From assembly GCA_948442015.1 (NCBI GenBank), contig CAOJRP010000004.1, positions 4,665-68,664 of the forward strand: 64,000 bases of DNA, given 5' to 3'. The stretch is from an uncultured Erysipelotrichaceae bacterium. GTDB lineage: Bacteria > Bacillota_I > Bacilli_A > RF39 > UBA660. Made by a program: the position numbers and the translations under genes. This document shows positions 9,347 through 18,524 of the stretch, piece after piece (within the stretch, counting starts at the first letter, position 1; each line of letters opens with the position of its first letter). The notes beneath the pieces are model-generated. The model ran no database searches. It had not been told where the DNA came from and was given only the letters and a program-made list of their open reading frames with translations.

Positions 9347-10140
9347 AAAAGAAAGTAATAGTAGCTATAATTGCTTTAATAATTGTTATTCCAATACTGA
9401 TTATTGGTAAGTTGCCTTTATACATTGGTATTGCTATAATTTCAATGCTTGCTTATAAAGAAATTATCACCTTAAGACAAGCTCATAATAAAGTACCAGA
9501 TTTAATGAAAGTAATTGGAGCTTTCTCCTTATTCTACTTAGTTTTTAACCATATGGAAGGATATTATTTACAAATAGGACTAAGTTATACAGCACTTTGC
9601 ACATTATTAATCGGAATGCTGATACCAACAATATTTTATAAAGATGATAAATACACAACAAAAGATGCTTTCTATTTAATTGGTTCAATCCTTTTATTAG
9701 GTTTAGTTTTTAATAGCATTATTTTGGTATATAATAGTAATAAGTGGTATTTAGTTTATTTAATTCTAATTACTACTTTAAATGATACGTTTGCGATGAT
9801 TTTAGGTAGACTTATAGGAAAACATAAGTTAATACCTAGTGTATCTCCTAACAAAACAGTTGAAGGAAGTTTTCTAGGACTTGTAATTGGAACTTTTATT
9901 AGTGTAATATTTTTTATAAACATTATTAAAGCTCTAATAAGTATTTGGTTAGTAATTCTAATGACTTTAATATTATCTGTAGTTGGTCAATTAGGAGATT
10001 TATTATTTAGTAAAATAAAAAGAGAAAATAATATTAAAGATTTTTCAAATATAATGCCAGGGCATGGGGGAATACTTGATAGACTAGATAGTTTGGCACT
10101 TGTCTTGCTTGCATTTATTATAATTATAAATTTAATTTAG
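9343..10140 (+). CDS. cdsA: phosphatidate cytidylyltransferase
   Basis: ATGA overlap with uppS. Signature SKIKRENNIKDFSNIMPGHGGILDRLDS. Confidence 0.9.
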   Translation: MKKKVIVAIIALIIVIPILIIGKLPLYIGIAIISMLAYKEIITLRQAHNKVPDLMKVIGAFSLFYLVFNHMEGYYLQIGLSYTALCTLLIGMLIPTIFYKDDKYTTKDAFYLIGSILLLGLVFNSIILVYNSNKWYLVYLILITTLNDTFAMILGRLIGKHKLIPSVSPNKTVEGSFLGLVIGTFISVIFFINIIKALISIWLVILMTLILSVVGQLGDLLFSKIKRENNIKDFSNIMPGHGGILDRLDSLALVLLAFIIIINLI

Positions 10141-10155
10141 AAAGGATTTGATTAT

Positions 10156-11208
10156 ATGTCAATAATTATAAATATACTTGTATTAATTTTAATAATGGGA
10201 TTTTTAATCCTTATTCATGAGCTTGGCCACTTTTTATGGGCAAAGAAGTTCGGTGTTTACATCTATGAATTTTCAATCGGTATGGGACCAGTTTTAAAAA
10301 CGATTAAAGGGAAAGATGGCATAAATTATTCAATTAGAGCTTTTCCTATTGGTGGTTTTGTTCAAATGGCTGGGGAAGTTTATGAGGATGATAATAAGAT
10401 ACCTCAAGAAAAATTTATGTGTAATAAACCTTGGTGGCAAAGACTAATTATTTTACTTGCTGGAGTTACTAATAATTTTATTTGTGCTTTAGTACTGCTA
10501 TTTTTAATAGCATGTTTCTTTGGAGCACCTTCACAAGAACCGATAATAGATAGTGTTACAGAGGAATTTCCTTTTGCGGAAGCTGGTATTACAGCAGGGG
10601 ATAAAATAATTAGTGTTAATGATAAAAAGACTAAAACTTGGGATAAAGTTCAAATACTCTTAATTTTAAAGAGTAAAGATGATGTTTATAAAATAGGAAT
10701 TGAGCATGAAGACGGAAGTACAGATACTTATGATATTACTCCTAAAGCAACGAAAAACGAAGATGGCGAGGATGTAAAAGTCTTTGGTGTTTCTATGAAA
10801 TCAGAAGTTAAAAAAGGTTTTTTACCATCTTTAAAATATGCTTTTACAAAATTTGGTAGTTTAGTGAGTCAAATGATGTATACAATTGGTGGGTTATTCA
10901 CAGGTAAATTATCAGTTAATTCTTTATCTGGACCAGTTGGTATTTATTCAATAGTAGGTAGCACATTAAAAACTGGATTAGCTAATATTATTTATTTAGT
11001 AGCTTTCTTAAGTTTAAATTTAGGATTTGTTAATGTTTTACCTTTCCCAGCATTTGATGGAGGAAGAGTACTATTTATCTTAATTGAGAAGATTATACGT
11101 AGACCTATTGATAGTAAAATAGAAAATGCTTTTCATACGGTTGGGTTTATCTTAATAATGCTTTTAATGGTATATATTACTTTTCATGATATTATAAAGT
11201 TATTTTAA
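10156..11208 (+). CDS. rseP: RIP (site-2) zinc metalloprotease RseP/RasP family
   Basis: HELGH in TM1, central PDZ-like segment (AGITAGDKIISVN), C-terminal LNLGFVNVLPFPAFDGG motif. Confidence 0.9.
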   Translation: MSIIINILVLILIMGFLILIHELGHFLWAKKFGVYIYEFSIGMGPVLKTIKGKDGINYSIRAFPIGGFVQMAGEVYEDDNKIPQEKFMCNKPWWQRLIILLAGVTNNFICALVLLFLIACFFGAPSQEPIIDSVTEEFPFAEAGITAGDKIISVNDKKTKTWDKVQILLILKSKDDVYKIGIEHEDGSTDTYDITPKATKNEDGEDVKVFGVSMKSEVKKGFLPSLKYAFTKFGSLVSQMMYTIGGLFTGKLSVNSLSGPVGIYSIVGSTLKTGLANIIYLVAFLSLNLGFVNVLPFPAFDGGRVLFILIEKIIRRPIDSKIENAFHTVGFILIMLLMVYITFHDIIKLF

Positions 11209-11230
11209 GAGTTTTGAGACTCTTTTTCTT
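11207..11230 (+). terminator. intrinsic terminator after rseP
   Basis: AAGAGT-tttgag-ACTCTT followed by TTTCTTT. Confidence 0.5.
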
Positions 11231-11291
11231 TACAAAAAAACACTATTATTATATAATTTTATTAGAGTTATTTTGGTGGTGAAATGTAGTA

Positions 11292-11663
11292 ATGAATGAA
11301 AATAATATGAACAAAAACAAAATAATTTTACAATATTGTCCAAACTTTTATAAAATTATTAACTATGATTTTGAAGGGGACTCCTTAACGGATAAATTAA
11401 TAAGTGTTTATAGAAAGTTTATTTTTACGATAGATATTGAAGATATGAAAGAAGTAAAAATAGCTAACAAAATAGATAAAATTTTAGCTAAATATATTGA
11501 AGATTATCAATTTAGAAAAGAACTTAAAAATGGTTTAAAGAATTTTAAAGTAAATAATTCTTCTTCTAATATTTTAAAAGCTATTGTTGAAGGAATTATT
11601 TCTGTTTTTAATAAATATGAAGAAGGCTCAACTAGGAAAATATATATTGCAAGATGGATTTAA
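11292..11663 (+). CDS. hypothetical protein
   Basis: 123-aa ORF, no recognisable motif. Confidence 0.45.
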   Translation: MNENNMNKNKIILQYCPNFYKIINYDFEGDSLTDKLISVYRKFIFTIDIEDMKEVKIANKIDKILAKYIEDYQFRKELKNGLKNFKVNNSSSNILKAIVEGIISVFNKYEEGSTRKIYIARWI

Positions 11664-11664
11664 C

Positions 11665-11693
11665 TTGTAAAAATGTTTCTTATTTGTTATAAT
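11665..11693 (+). promoter_or_regulatory. sigA-type promoter for tRNA-Met
   Basis: TTGTAA (11665-70), 17 nt, TGt-TATAAT (11688-93), about 20 nt before the tRNA. Confidence 0.5.
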
Positions 11694-11713
11694 TTAGTTG
11701 CTTGCTTTTATAT

Positions 11714-11790
11714 GGCGGGATAGCTCAGCTGGCTAGAGCGACCGGTTCATACCCGGTAGGTCGGGGGTTCGAGCCCCTCTCCCGCTACCA
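11714..11790 (+). tRNA. tRNA-Met (anticodon CAT), elongator-like, CCA encoded
   Basis: Cloverleaf folded by hand: acceptor GGCGGGA/TCCCGCT (G1-U72 wobble), D arm GCTC/GAGC, anticodon arm ACCGG-TTCATAC-CCGGT, T arm GGGGG-TTCGAGC-CCCTC, ACCA end. It lacks the three G-C pairs and the 1:72 mismatch of initiators. I cannot exclude a lysidine Ile2 identity. Confidence 0.85.
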
Positions 11791-12028
11791 AATTGAAAAT
11801 AAAAGGTGTATAAATTGAAATACGCTTTTTTAATTGCATATGTTATGATTGTCAATAGCTATATAGTGCATGAATTAATTCTTATTCCTAATTTTCATTA
11901 TTTATTTTCTCGTACTCCTTAATAAGAGGATAACTTAATAATAACATTTTCGTAACTTTTCATGTCGACATTTACACTTTAGATAATAAAAACTTTATGC
12001 TACAATATAACCAAAAGAGGGAAATATT

Positions 12029-12607
12029 ATGAATAAAATTAAAAATTTTGAGCTTGGAACAATATTAACTATGATTACAGGATATAGTTGTGTAGATGAC
12101 TTTAATAAAGTATGGAATTTGGTATGGTATGTTTGTGATAATAATAAGATAGGTCCAATAGGAATAGGAATGGTAAAAGATGAAGTAAAAAGCCACTTAC
12201 TTACAATTCATCCAGAACTTAAAAGCATTAGCTATCAAAAAGGTAAAAAAATAGATGAATTTGTTTCTCAACAAGTAGAAAAATTTGGTAGTGTGTTACC
12301 AGTTACAAAATTAGGAGTAGAATTACCAGAAAAATATAGAATTAAGATTTCAAAAACTTCTGCGGAAAAGTTTGTTGATAACATAGAAAATATGAAAAGC
12401 CCTCATTTAAGAAATTGCGGTAGTTTAAGTGAAAGAGAAGGTGCTATTGAAGATTATTCTACTTATCAAGAACCAAGGGATTTAGAAAATTATAAAAGTT
12501 TTCTAAATAGTAGTGCATACGACGAAGTAAGAGAAGTAAAAACGGAATTAGATAATCCATTAACTCTTGAAAAATTAAGAAAAAGAAATGTTGAACACTA
12601 TAACTAG
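12029..12607 (+). CDS. hypothetical protein
   Basis: 192-aa ORF with AAAGAGGGA RBS and a TGcTACAAT extended -10 about 25 nt upstream. Confidence 0.5.
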   Translation: MNKIKNFELGTILTMITGYSCVDDFNKVWNLVWYVCDNNKIGPIGIGMVKDEVKSHLLTIHPELKSISYQKGKKIDEFVSQQVEKFGSVLPVTKLGVELPEKYRIKISKTSAEKFVDNIENMKSPHLRNCGSLSEREGAIEDYSTYQEPRDLENYKSFLNSSAYDEVREVKTELDNPLTLEKLRKRNVEHYN

Positions 12608-12629
12608 AATTTGATCTGAGGTGATAATT

Positions 12630-13553
12630 ATGGAAAGCTCTAAAATAAGAATAATAAAAAATTTAGTGTGGTTAAGAAGTAAATTTAATTTTGATTTTAT
12701 ATTTTTAAAAGATTCTTTTTCTAATGAAGATATAAAAAGATATTATAAAAAAACAAAATATCTATTTTATCGTCTAGTTGGCTCTAAAAATGGTGAAATG
12801 CATATTGGTATATCTGATGATGGCATTTGTAAAAAAGGAGTTAATTATCAAGATTATCATCCTAAAAAAATAAGTGAAATTTTAAATAATAATTCCAATA
12901 TTAATAATGTTTTAGAATTAGGATGTGGACAAGGAGCCAATATGGCATATCTAGCAAAAAAACATCCCAAAGTTAAATTTCAAGGTATTGATTTATATCC
13001 TAGTTTAGATAAAAAAAATCATAATTTAAATATTTCTTTAATAAAAGGAGATTATCATGATCTTAGTATGATTGAAGATAATTCTATTGATATGGTATAT
13101 GCTTTAGAAACTTTATGTTATTCACAAAATAAAAACCAAATATTTAAAGAAGTTAATAGAGTTTTAAAACCTAATGGTATATTTATAATTTACGATGCTT
13201 ATTTAAATAAAAATCGAAAAAATTTATCAGAAATTGAGGAAATAGCGGCTAAATTGATAGAAAGTGGATACTATCTAAATGAGTTTGAATATATAGGAAA
13301 TATTACCAAATATATAAAAGATAATAATTTTCAAATAGTTAAAGAAGAAAATATGAAAAATAAAATAATTAATCATTTAAAAGACTACCAAGATCGTATT
13401 AAGAAAGTTTCAAAACTTGGTCCTTTATTTACTTTTCTTTGTAAAATATTTCCAAAAGAAATTATAGGAAATATAGTGCCAGTATTTTTTATGTTTGACA
13501 CGATAGAAATGGATTTATCTGTTTACATATATCATATATTAACAAAAAAATAA
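12630..13553 (+). CDS. class I SAM-dependent methyltransferase
   Basis: Motif I VLELGCGQGAN, post-I acidic residue (GIDL), motif II/III DMVYALETL ... LKPNGIFIIYD. ATG 12630 after GAGGTGA. Confidence 0.75.
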   Translation: MESSKIRIIKNLVWLRSKFNFDFIFLKDSFSNEDIKRYYKKTKYLFYRLVGSKNGEMHIGISDDGICKKGVNYQDYHPKKISEILNNNSNINNVLELGCGQGANMAYLAKKHPKVKFQGIDLYPSLDKKNHNLNISLIKGDYHDLSMIEDNSIDMVYALETLCYSQNKNQIFKEVNRVLKPNGIFIIYDAYLNKNRKNLSEIEEIAAKLIESGYYLNEFEYIGNITKYIKDNNFQIVKEENMKNKIINHLKDYQDRIKKVSKLGPLFTFLCKIFPKEIIGNIVPVFFMFDTIEMDLSVYIYHILTKK

Positions 13554-13576
13554 AAAATACAGAAATCTGTAATTTT

Positions 13577-13900
13577 TTAATGGTGTCTATTTCTTGAATG
13601 ATGACCATGATTATTACTATTATTTGTTCTATGGCTATGATAATAATTAGTTGTGTTACTACCGCAATTAGTACAATTTACATTGTCAGTGTGATAAGGA
13701 CAATTTTGACTATTTGATAATTCGTTATAATAAGGACAGTCTTCGTTATGATATGGACAATCTTCGTTATGATATGGGCAATTTTCTTTATAATTAGATT
13801 GTTCACTAATTTCTTTATCTTGGTTATTATTACTTAATGCATATACTGTTGTTGCCATTAATGTAAAAGATAAGACACCTATTATTAAATATTTTTTCAC
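13577..13900 (-). CDS. secreted Cys/His-rich repeat protein (4x CPY[HY] units, His-rich tail)
   Basis: Signal peptide MKKYLIIGVLSFTLMATTVYA, then NCPYHNEDCPYHNEDCPYYNE...NCPYH, CTNC and a C-terminal HSHRTNNSNNHGHHSRNRHH. GGAGG RBS on the minus strand at 13908-13912. Confidence 0.65.
   Translation of the reverse strand: MKKYLIIGVLSFTLMATTVYALSNNNQDKEISEQSNYKENCPYHNEDCPYHNEDCPYYNELSNSQNCPYHTDNVNCTNCGSNTTNYYHSHRTNNSNNHGHHSRNRHH
13720..13782 (-). repeat. three tandem 21-bp coding repeats inside the Cys/His-rich gene
   Basis: Plus-strand units attcgttataataaggacagt / cttcgttatgatatggacaat / cttcgttatgatatgggcaat encode the CPY[HY]NE(D/L) units. Confidence 0.8.
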
Positions 13901-14028
13901 AATTAAACCTCCAATACTACTTATATTATATATAATATTATGTATAAGTCAATCAAAAAAATTAATTATTTTTGTTATTGTACAAGATTAAAAACTATAT
14001 TATAATTATAATATCGAGGATAGTAGTT

Positions 14029-15054
14029 ATGGATGAACAATATGAAGTAATAAGTAATAGTAAACTTTCTTGTTTTCAAAGTTTTTTTCAAAAATTAAAT
14101 ATTAGTGTTAAAGAATTAAATATAAAAAAGTATCCTATTCCTCTTAAAAGATGGAAAACTATAGTTAGTTATTTTTATTCAAAAGAAAAAGAAGTTGATT
14201 TAAAATTAAATGCTATTTACAATGTCTTAGAAATAGTTTTAGAAAAATGTGAATCTTTAATAGAATTTCAAGAACAAGATAAAATAAAAGATATAATTTT
14301 AAGTATAGCAAGTTTATTGTATGAACAAAAATTTATAAGTTTAAAAGAGCAAGAAAAAAACGAATCCTTTATTATAGAAACTATTAAATGGAGTAGTAAT
14401 TCTAGTTTGATAAGAAAATTAACTTTATTTACGTGTCTTTATTTAAATGCGTCTTCTAAAGTATGCACATTAATATCAGATATTGCATTATGTGATTCAA
14501 GTAAATTAAGCCAGTTTTATGTTAATAATAAATTACTATCTAAAAGTTTTATTGATGAAATTACAAAAAATGAACATGAACAGATTATAGAATCATTATT
14601 ATATAACAAAAGAAATATACCTTTATTAAATGAAGATTTTTATAAATATATTCGAAGTTTTTGTGAGTATGATTTTAATTATTTTCTCGTTCTTTTTCGG
14701 TATACACCTTTCTTTTTGGAATCATTTGAAAATATTTTAAAAGTCTTTAATTTAGAACAATTAAAAAATATGAATTTAGAACAAATAAGGTTTTTATGTT
14801 ATTTTAGGGATTTAAATTGTTTGATAAAAATTAAAATATTGTTAAATTTAGATATTCCTTTAAAGGAAATAGAAAAAGTGTTAGAACATCCTTCAGTATT
14901 TGAACTTCTTACTCTAGGATTGCCAGTTTCTAAAATAGATAAAGTAATAAAATATCCTGATTTAATAAATTTTATATATCAGAAAATAGCTTTATTAAAA
15001 AATAATAAAACTCCTCAATATGAGGAATATAAATCTTTAATTAAAATAGGATAG
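14029..15054 (+). CDS. hypothetical, predicted all-helical cytoplasmic protein
   Basis: ORF 13972..15054. ATG 14029 is 8 nt after GAGGA. Confidence 0.5.
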   Translation: MDEQYEVISNSKLSCFQSFFQKLNISVKELNIKKYPIPLKRWKTIVSYFYSKEKEVDLKLNAIYNVLEIVLEKCESLIEFQEQDKIKDIILSIASLLYEQKFISLKEQEKNESFIIETIKWSSNSSLIRKLTLFTCLYLNASSKVCTLISDIALCDSSKLSQFYVNNKLLSKSFIDEITKNEHEQIIESLLYNKRNIPLLNEDFYKYIRSFCEYDFNYFLVLFRYTPFFLESFENILKVFNLEQLKNMNLEQIRFLCYFRDLNCLIKIKILLNLDIPLKEIEKVLEHPSVFELLTLGLPVSKIDKVIKYPDLINFIYQKIALLKNNKTPQYEEYKSLIKIG

Positions 15055-15290
15055 CTTAGTGTTATTGTCCACGACTCAATAGATAATATAAAATAAAACT
15101 CCTACTAATTCTAGATTATTGGATTTAAATATTGATGTAATAGTTGATGAAGTATCTACATATTAATCTAAGATAAGTAATACTTCACAAATATAGATAA
15201 TTAGTTATTATTTAAGTTAAAAGGTATTAAAAGCATATATTTTTTTCTTTTTTTGTGGTATCATAATTAATAGAATAGGTGGTTGCGAAT

Positions 15291-16838
15291 ATGAGAAAAA
15301 AAGGGTTCTTTTTCTTTTCATTAATAATGTTTTTTATGGGAAGTAATATTGTAAGTGCAAAATCTATTAATGAACTAGAGTTAGGAGATTATATTAAAAT
15401 GACTCCTACAAGTTCTAGTACTAGTATTTCATCTTCTTTAACGGGATGTGGCGGAAATCAAACGATAAATCCTAGCGAGTTAAATCTATGGCGAGTAATA
15501 AAGAAGAATGATGATGGAACAATTGACGTTATTTCTAATTCTGTATCTAAAGAAGAATTGTCACTTTGTGGCGAAGTTGGATATCGTAATTTAATTAATT
15601 CTTTAAATACTATAGCTAATTATTATAAAAATGATATGTTTACTGTGAATGCAAGACATATGGGATATAAAAATCAAACTAATGTGATTGTTGGAGATCT
15701 TTATAAAGGTACTTTATCTACTAATCAATCTAATAATAATGGAATTTTTGAAACATCAGGTGGCGGAGACTTATTATATCAAAGTGATTATGATTTAACA
15801 AATTCTGCCGTTGGAACATTAACTGCTAAGAAAGCCGATGGAACAATCACTTCCTATTGGCTAGCTTCAAGAAATTATTATGCTAATAGTGCTGCTGGAT
15901 ATAGCTATGGTGCTAGAATTGTTGGTAATAGTGGAGCAGTTAGTGGAAGTACCTTAACTTTTGTTGATCATGGAGAAACTGGCAATAATGAATTTAGCTA
16001 TAGTATTCGTCCTATTTTAACTTTAAAAGGATCTTTACTTATTGGTAGTGGTGATGGCAAGGGTGAAAATACCGCATATCAGTTAAAACCAAGTAATAAA
16101 GAAATTCTTGATTTAATAGTAAGAAATTTTGAAAATAATAAAAATTACTTTAAAACAAAAAAAGATTATACAGTTTTTAGTGAAATAATCAATGGTATTA
16201 CTTTATCAGCCAAAGATACTAAATTAGTTATAAATAGTAATGGCAAAGAAGATGTTTTAGTTGATTTTGATGGTACAATATTTAATTTTGAACCTAATAT
16301 AGAAAATAATTATGATGATTTAAATCAGTATGCTACAGCTGACGCTTATTATACTTATTATGGACTTTTATATGCTATAGGGAATTATCGAGGATATAGT
16401 AACGAAGATATTTATGATGCCTTAGGAAAAGTCAAGTTTAGTGTGGAAGATATAAGTGTTAAAAGTGTTCCTTTAGTAGGTAATTATGATACAAATAATT
16501 TTTCTATAACTATTAAAGCAAATTATGATGAAAGTGCCAAAAATGGTAATAAAATTAATGTTGCACCAACTTTTAAAATTAATATTGATAATTATGATTT
16601 AAAAGATTTAAGTGTTGATTTTATCGATGCTACAAATGTTGTTCGTGATGAATCGACTGCAGATAAAATAACAAGATATATTAGAGAAACAATAAAAGGT
16701 GAAGATGAAGAAGGAAATAAAAATAATCGAAGAATTTATATTATTATTGGTATTTGTGTTTTAATTGTTTTAATTATACTGTTTATGATTTTCTCCAAAG
16801 AAAAGAAAAAGCCAAAAATTGATATTGAAAGTTTGTAA
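15291..16838 (+). CDS. secreted protein with C-terminal membrane anchor
   Basis: Signal peptide MRKKGFFFFSLIMFFMGSNIVSA. C-terminal IYIIIGICVLIVLIILFMIF helix followed by KEKKK. The YWLASR ... SIRPILTLK segment is reminiscent of Clostridial surface-protein domains. Confidence 0.6.
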   Translation: MRKKGFFFFSLIMFFMGSNIVSAKSINELELGDYIKMTPTSSSTSISSSLTGCGGNQTINPSELNLWRVIKKNDDGTIDVISNSVSKEELSLCGEVGYRNLINSLNTIANYYKNDMFTVNARHMGYKNQTNVIVGDLYKGTLSTNQSNNNGIFETSGGGDLLYQSDYDLTNSAVGTLTAKKADGTITSYWLASRNYYANSAAGYSYGARIVGNSGAVSGSTLTFVDHGETGNNEFSYSIRPILTLKGSLLIGSGDGKGENTAYQLKPSNKEILDLIVRNFENNKNYFKTKKDYTVFSEIINGITLSAKDTKLVINSNGKEDVLVDFDGTIFNFEPNIENNYDDLNQYATADAYYTYYGLLYAIGNYRGYSNEDIYDALGKVKFSVEDISVKSVPLVGNYDTNNFSITIKANYDESAKNGNKINVAPTFKINIDNYDLKDLSVDFIDATNVVRDESTADKITRYIRETIKGEDEEGNKNNRRIYIIIGICVLIVLIILFMIFSKEKKKPKIDIESL

Positions 16839-16910
16839 ACTATATTAAATGTTAATATAGTTTTATTTCTTTTCTTCCTTTAAAATGATAAAATATAAAT
16901 GAGGGATATT

Positions 16911-18524
16911 ATGAAAAATAATATAGAAGATAAATTAAAAAAAGTAGTCAAAAAGACTTTAGGGATAAATACAACAATTAATCATAGTAATTGTAGTGAA
17001 ACAAATTTTAGTGGTGCTTTATCTTTATTTGTTAAGGAAAATAAAGATATAAAAAATGAAAAGAACTTGTTACCGAAGAGAAAAGATGGGAGTGATTTTG
17101 GAACTCCTATAAAAGAGATGGAACCAAATTTTAATTTTTTTAATGTTGGTGTTTATGAATATGGTGATGACTCTGTCAAAGAAATTTCCGAGTATGGCGG
17201 ACTTCATAGTGGAACACCGATGCGAACTAAACCATTTCCTCCTTGTATTAAAAGAATTAAAAGCACTTTAAACTTAAATAATTTATACTGGTATCCTAGT
17301 TGTGTGGGAAATATTAATGCGAGACAAGATATTGTTAATTATTTAGTAAGAGAAGGATTTAAATTAGAAAAGCAAACTGGCTATGATGGCTTAGGAATTG
17401 AAAATATTGTTTTTACTTGCTCAACTACCCATGCTTATTCTCTTATTTTAAAAACAATTGCTCATAATGAAGATGTTATTTTACTTACAGGACCTAATTA
17501 TGGTATTTTTGCAATTATACCTGAATTAACTAGTGCCCATGTGGAAATATTAAATTTAGAAGAGGAAGATGATTTTTATGTTAATCCGTCTAAATTAAGT
17601 AAAAGAATTGATGAGATTAATAAAGATTTAATTAAAAAATATAAAGGTAAATTAGATTATCAACCAAGAGTAGTAGCTTTTTTAAATATTAATCCACATA
17701 ATCCTTTAGGAAAAGTAATGAATAAGAAAAATAGAAATATCTTAGAAGGTATTGGAGAAGTATGTTTAGAAAAGAATGTATTTGTAATAGATGATTTAAT
17801 TTATCGTGATTTAACTTTTGATACTGATAATCTTGCATTACCACTTGCAACTATGCCTAGGTATTTTAATAATACAATTAGTTTATTTGGTTTATCTAAA
17901 GCTTATGGACTAGCCTCAATTAGAGCAGCGTTTGTTGTGGCACCTTACCCAATTGTAAGAGCTTTAGCTAACGAAATAGCTCATTCAATGGACTCGATAC
18001 CCGTTTTACAAGTAGAAGCAGTAGCAGCAGGATTTAATGGGAAAGATTCAAGATATAAAGCACTAGATAATTACATAAAACCAATTATCAAAGAATATCA
18101 ATATCGTTATAATTTATTGAAAGCCTTAGTTGAAGGAATAGATAAAATCAAAGATGAAGAAACAAAGAGTAAAATCTATGATGATGTTTTTGATTTTACT
18201 GCTAGTAAAGAAAAAACTGCTGTTTTATTAAAGGGAATTAGTGGTGTAACAATAAGAAAGCAAACAGAGCCAGATTCAGGGTTCTTTGCAGTCCTTGATT
18301 TTACCTCTCTTAAAGGTAAGAAAGATGATAATCTAGTTATTAATAGTGATAGAGACTTACTTGCTTATTTATATAAAAAAGGTAAAATAAGATTTATCAT
18401 GGGGTCAAATATGTGCTGGCCAATAAAAGATGAAATTATTGCTCGAGTTACTTTTAGTTTAGATAAAAAAGCTTTAATAAATAATATAGCAATTATTAAT
18501 AAAAGTATTGGTGAGCTAAAATGA
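16911..18524 (+). CDS. PLP-dependent aminotransferase (class I/II fold) with about 100-aa N-terminal extension
   Basis: NPHNPLG, SLFGLSKAYGLASIRAAF (PLP lysine context SK), FxxxxxR-type C-terminal segment. Alternative start at 16899. Confidence 0.75.
   Translation: MKNNIEDKLKKVVKKTLGINTTINHSNCSETNFSGALSLFVKENKDIKNEKNLLPKRKDGSDFGTPIKEMEPNFNFFNVGVYEYGDDSVKEISEYGGLHSGTPMRTKPFPPCIKRIKSTLNLNNLYWYPSCVGNINARQDIVNYLVREGFKLEKQTGYDGLGIENIVFTCSTTHAYSLILKTIAHNEDVILLTGPNYGIFAIIPELTSAHVEILNLEEEDDFYVNPSKLSKRIDEINKDLIKKYKGKLDYQPRVVAFLNINPHNPLGKVMNKKNRNILEGIGEVCLEKNVFVIDDLIYRDLTFDTDNLALPLATMPRYFNNTISLFGLSKAYGLASIRAAFVVAPYPIVRALANEIAHSMDSIPVLQVEAVAAGFNGKDSRYKALDNYIKPIIKEYQYRYNLLKALVEGIDKIKDEETKSKIYDDVFDFTASKEKTAVLLKGISGVTIRKQTEPDSGFFAVLDFTSLKGKKDDNLVINSDRDLLAYLYKKGKIRFIMGSNMCWPIKDEIIARVTFSLDKKALINNIAIINKSIGELK

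Noticed and set aside
9343-11208. cdsA is followed directly by rseP, without the dxr gene that lies between them in Bacillus
   Set aside because: This is a real difference in gene order, but dxr may simply be elsewhere, or the organism may use the mevalonate route. Nothing in this window tests either, so it is not an anomaly by itself.
11714-11790. tRNA-Met and tRNA-Glu considered as integration sites for a genomic island spanning 11.8-20.1 kb or 20.2-28 kb
   Set aside because: I found no direct repeat of either tRNA 3' end elsewhere in the window, and no integrase or excisionase gene. The accessory character of the flanking genes alone does not establish an island.
13720-13782. Tandem 21-bp repeats considered as a possible CRISPR-like or minisatellite array
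   Set aside because: The units are contiguous with no spacers, in frame, and encode the CPYHNED peptide repeat of a gene with signal peptide and RBS. It is a coding repeat, not a CRISPR array. No CRISPR array was seen anywhere in the window.
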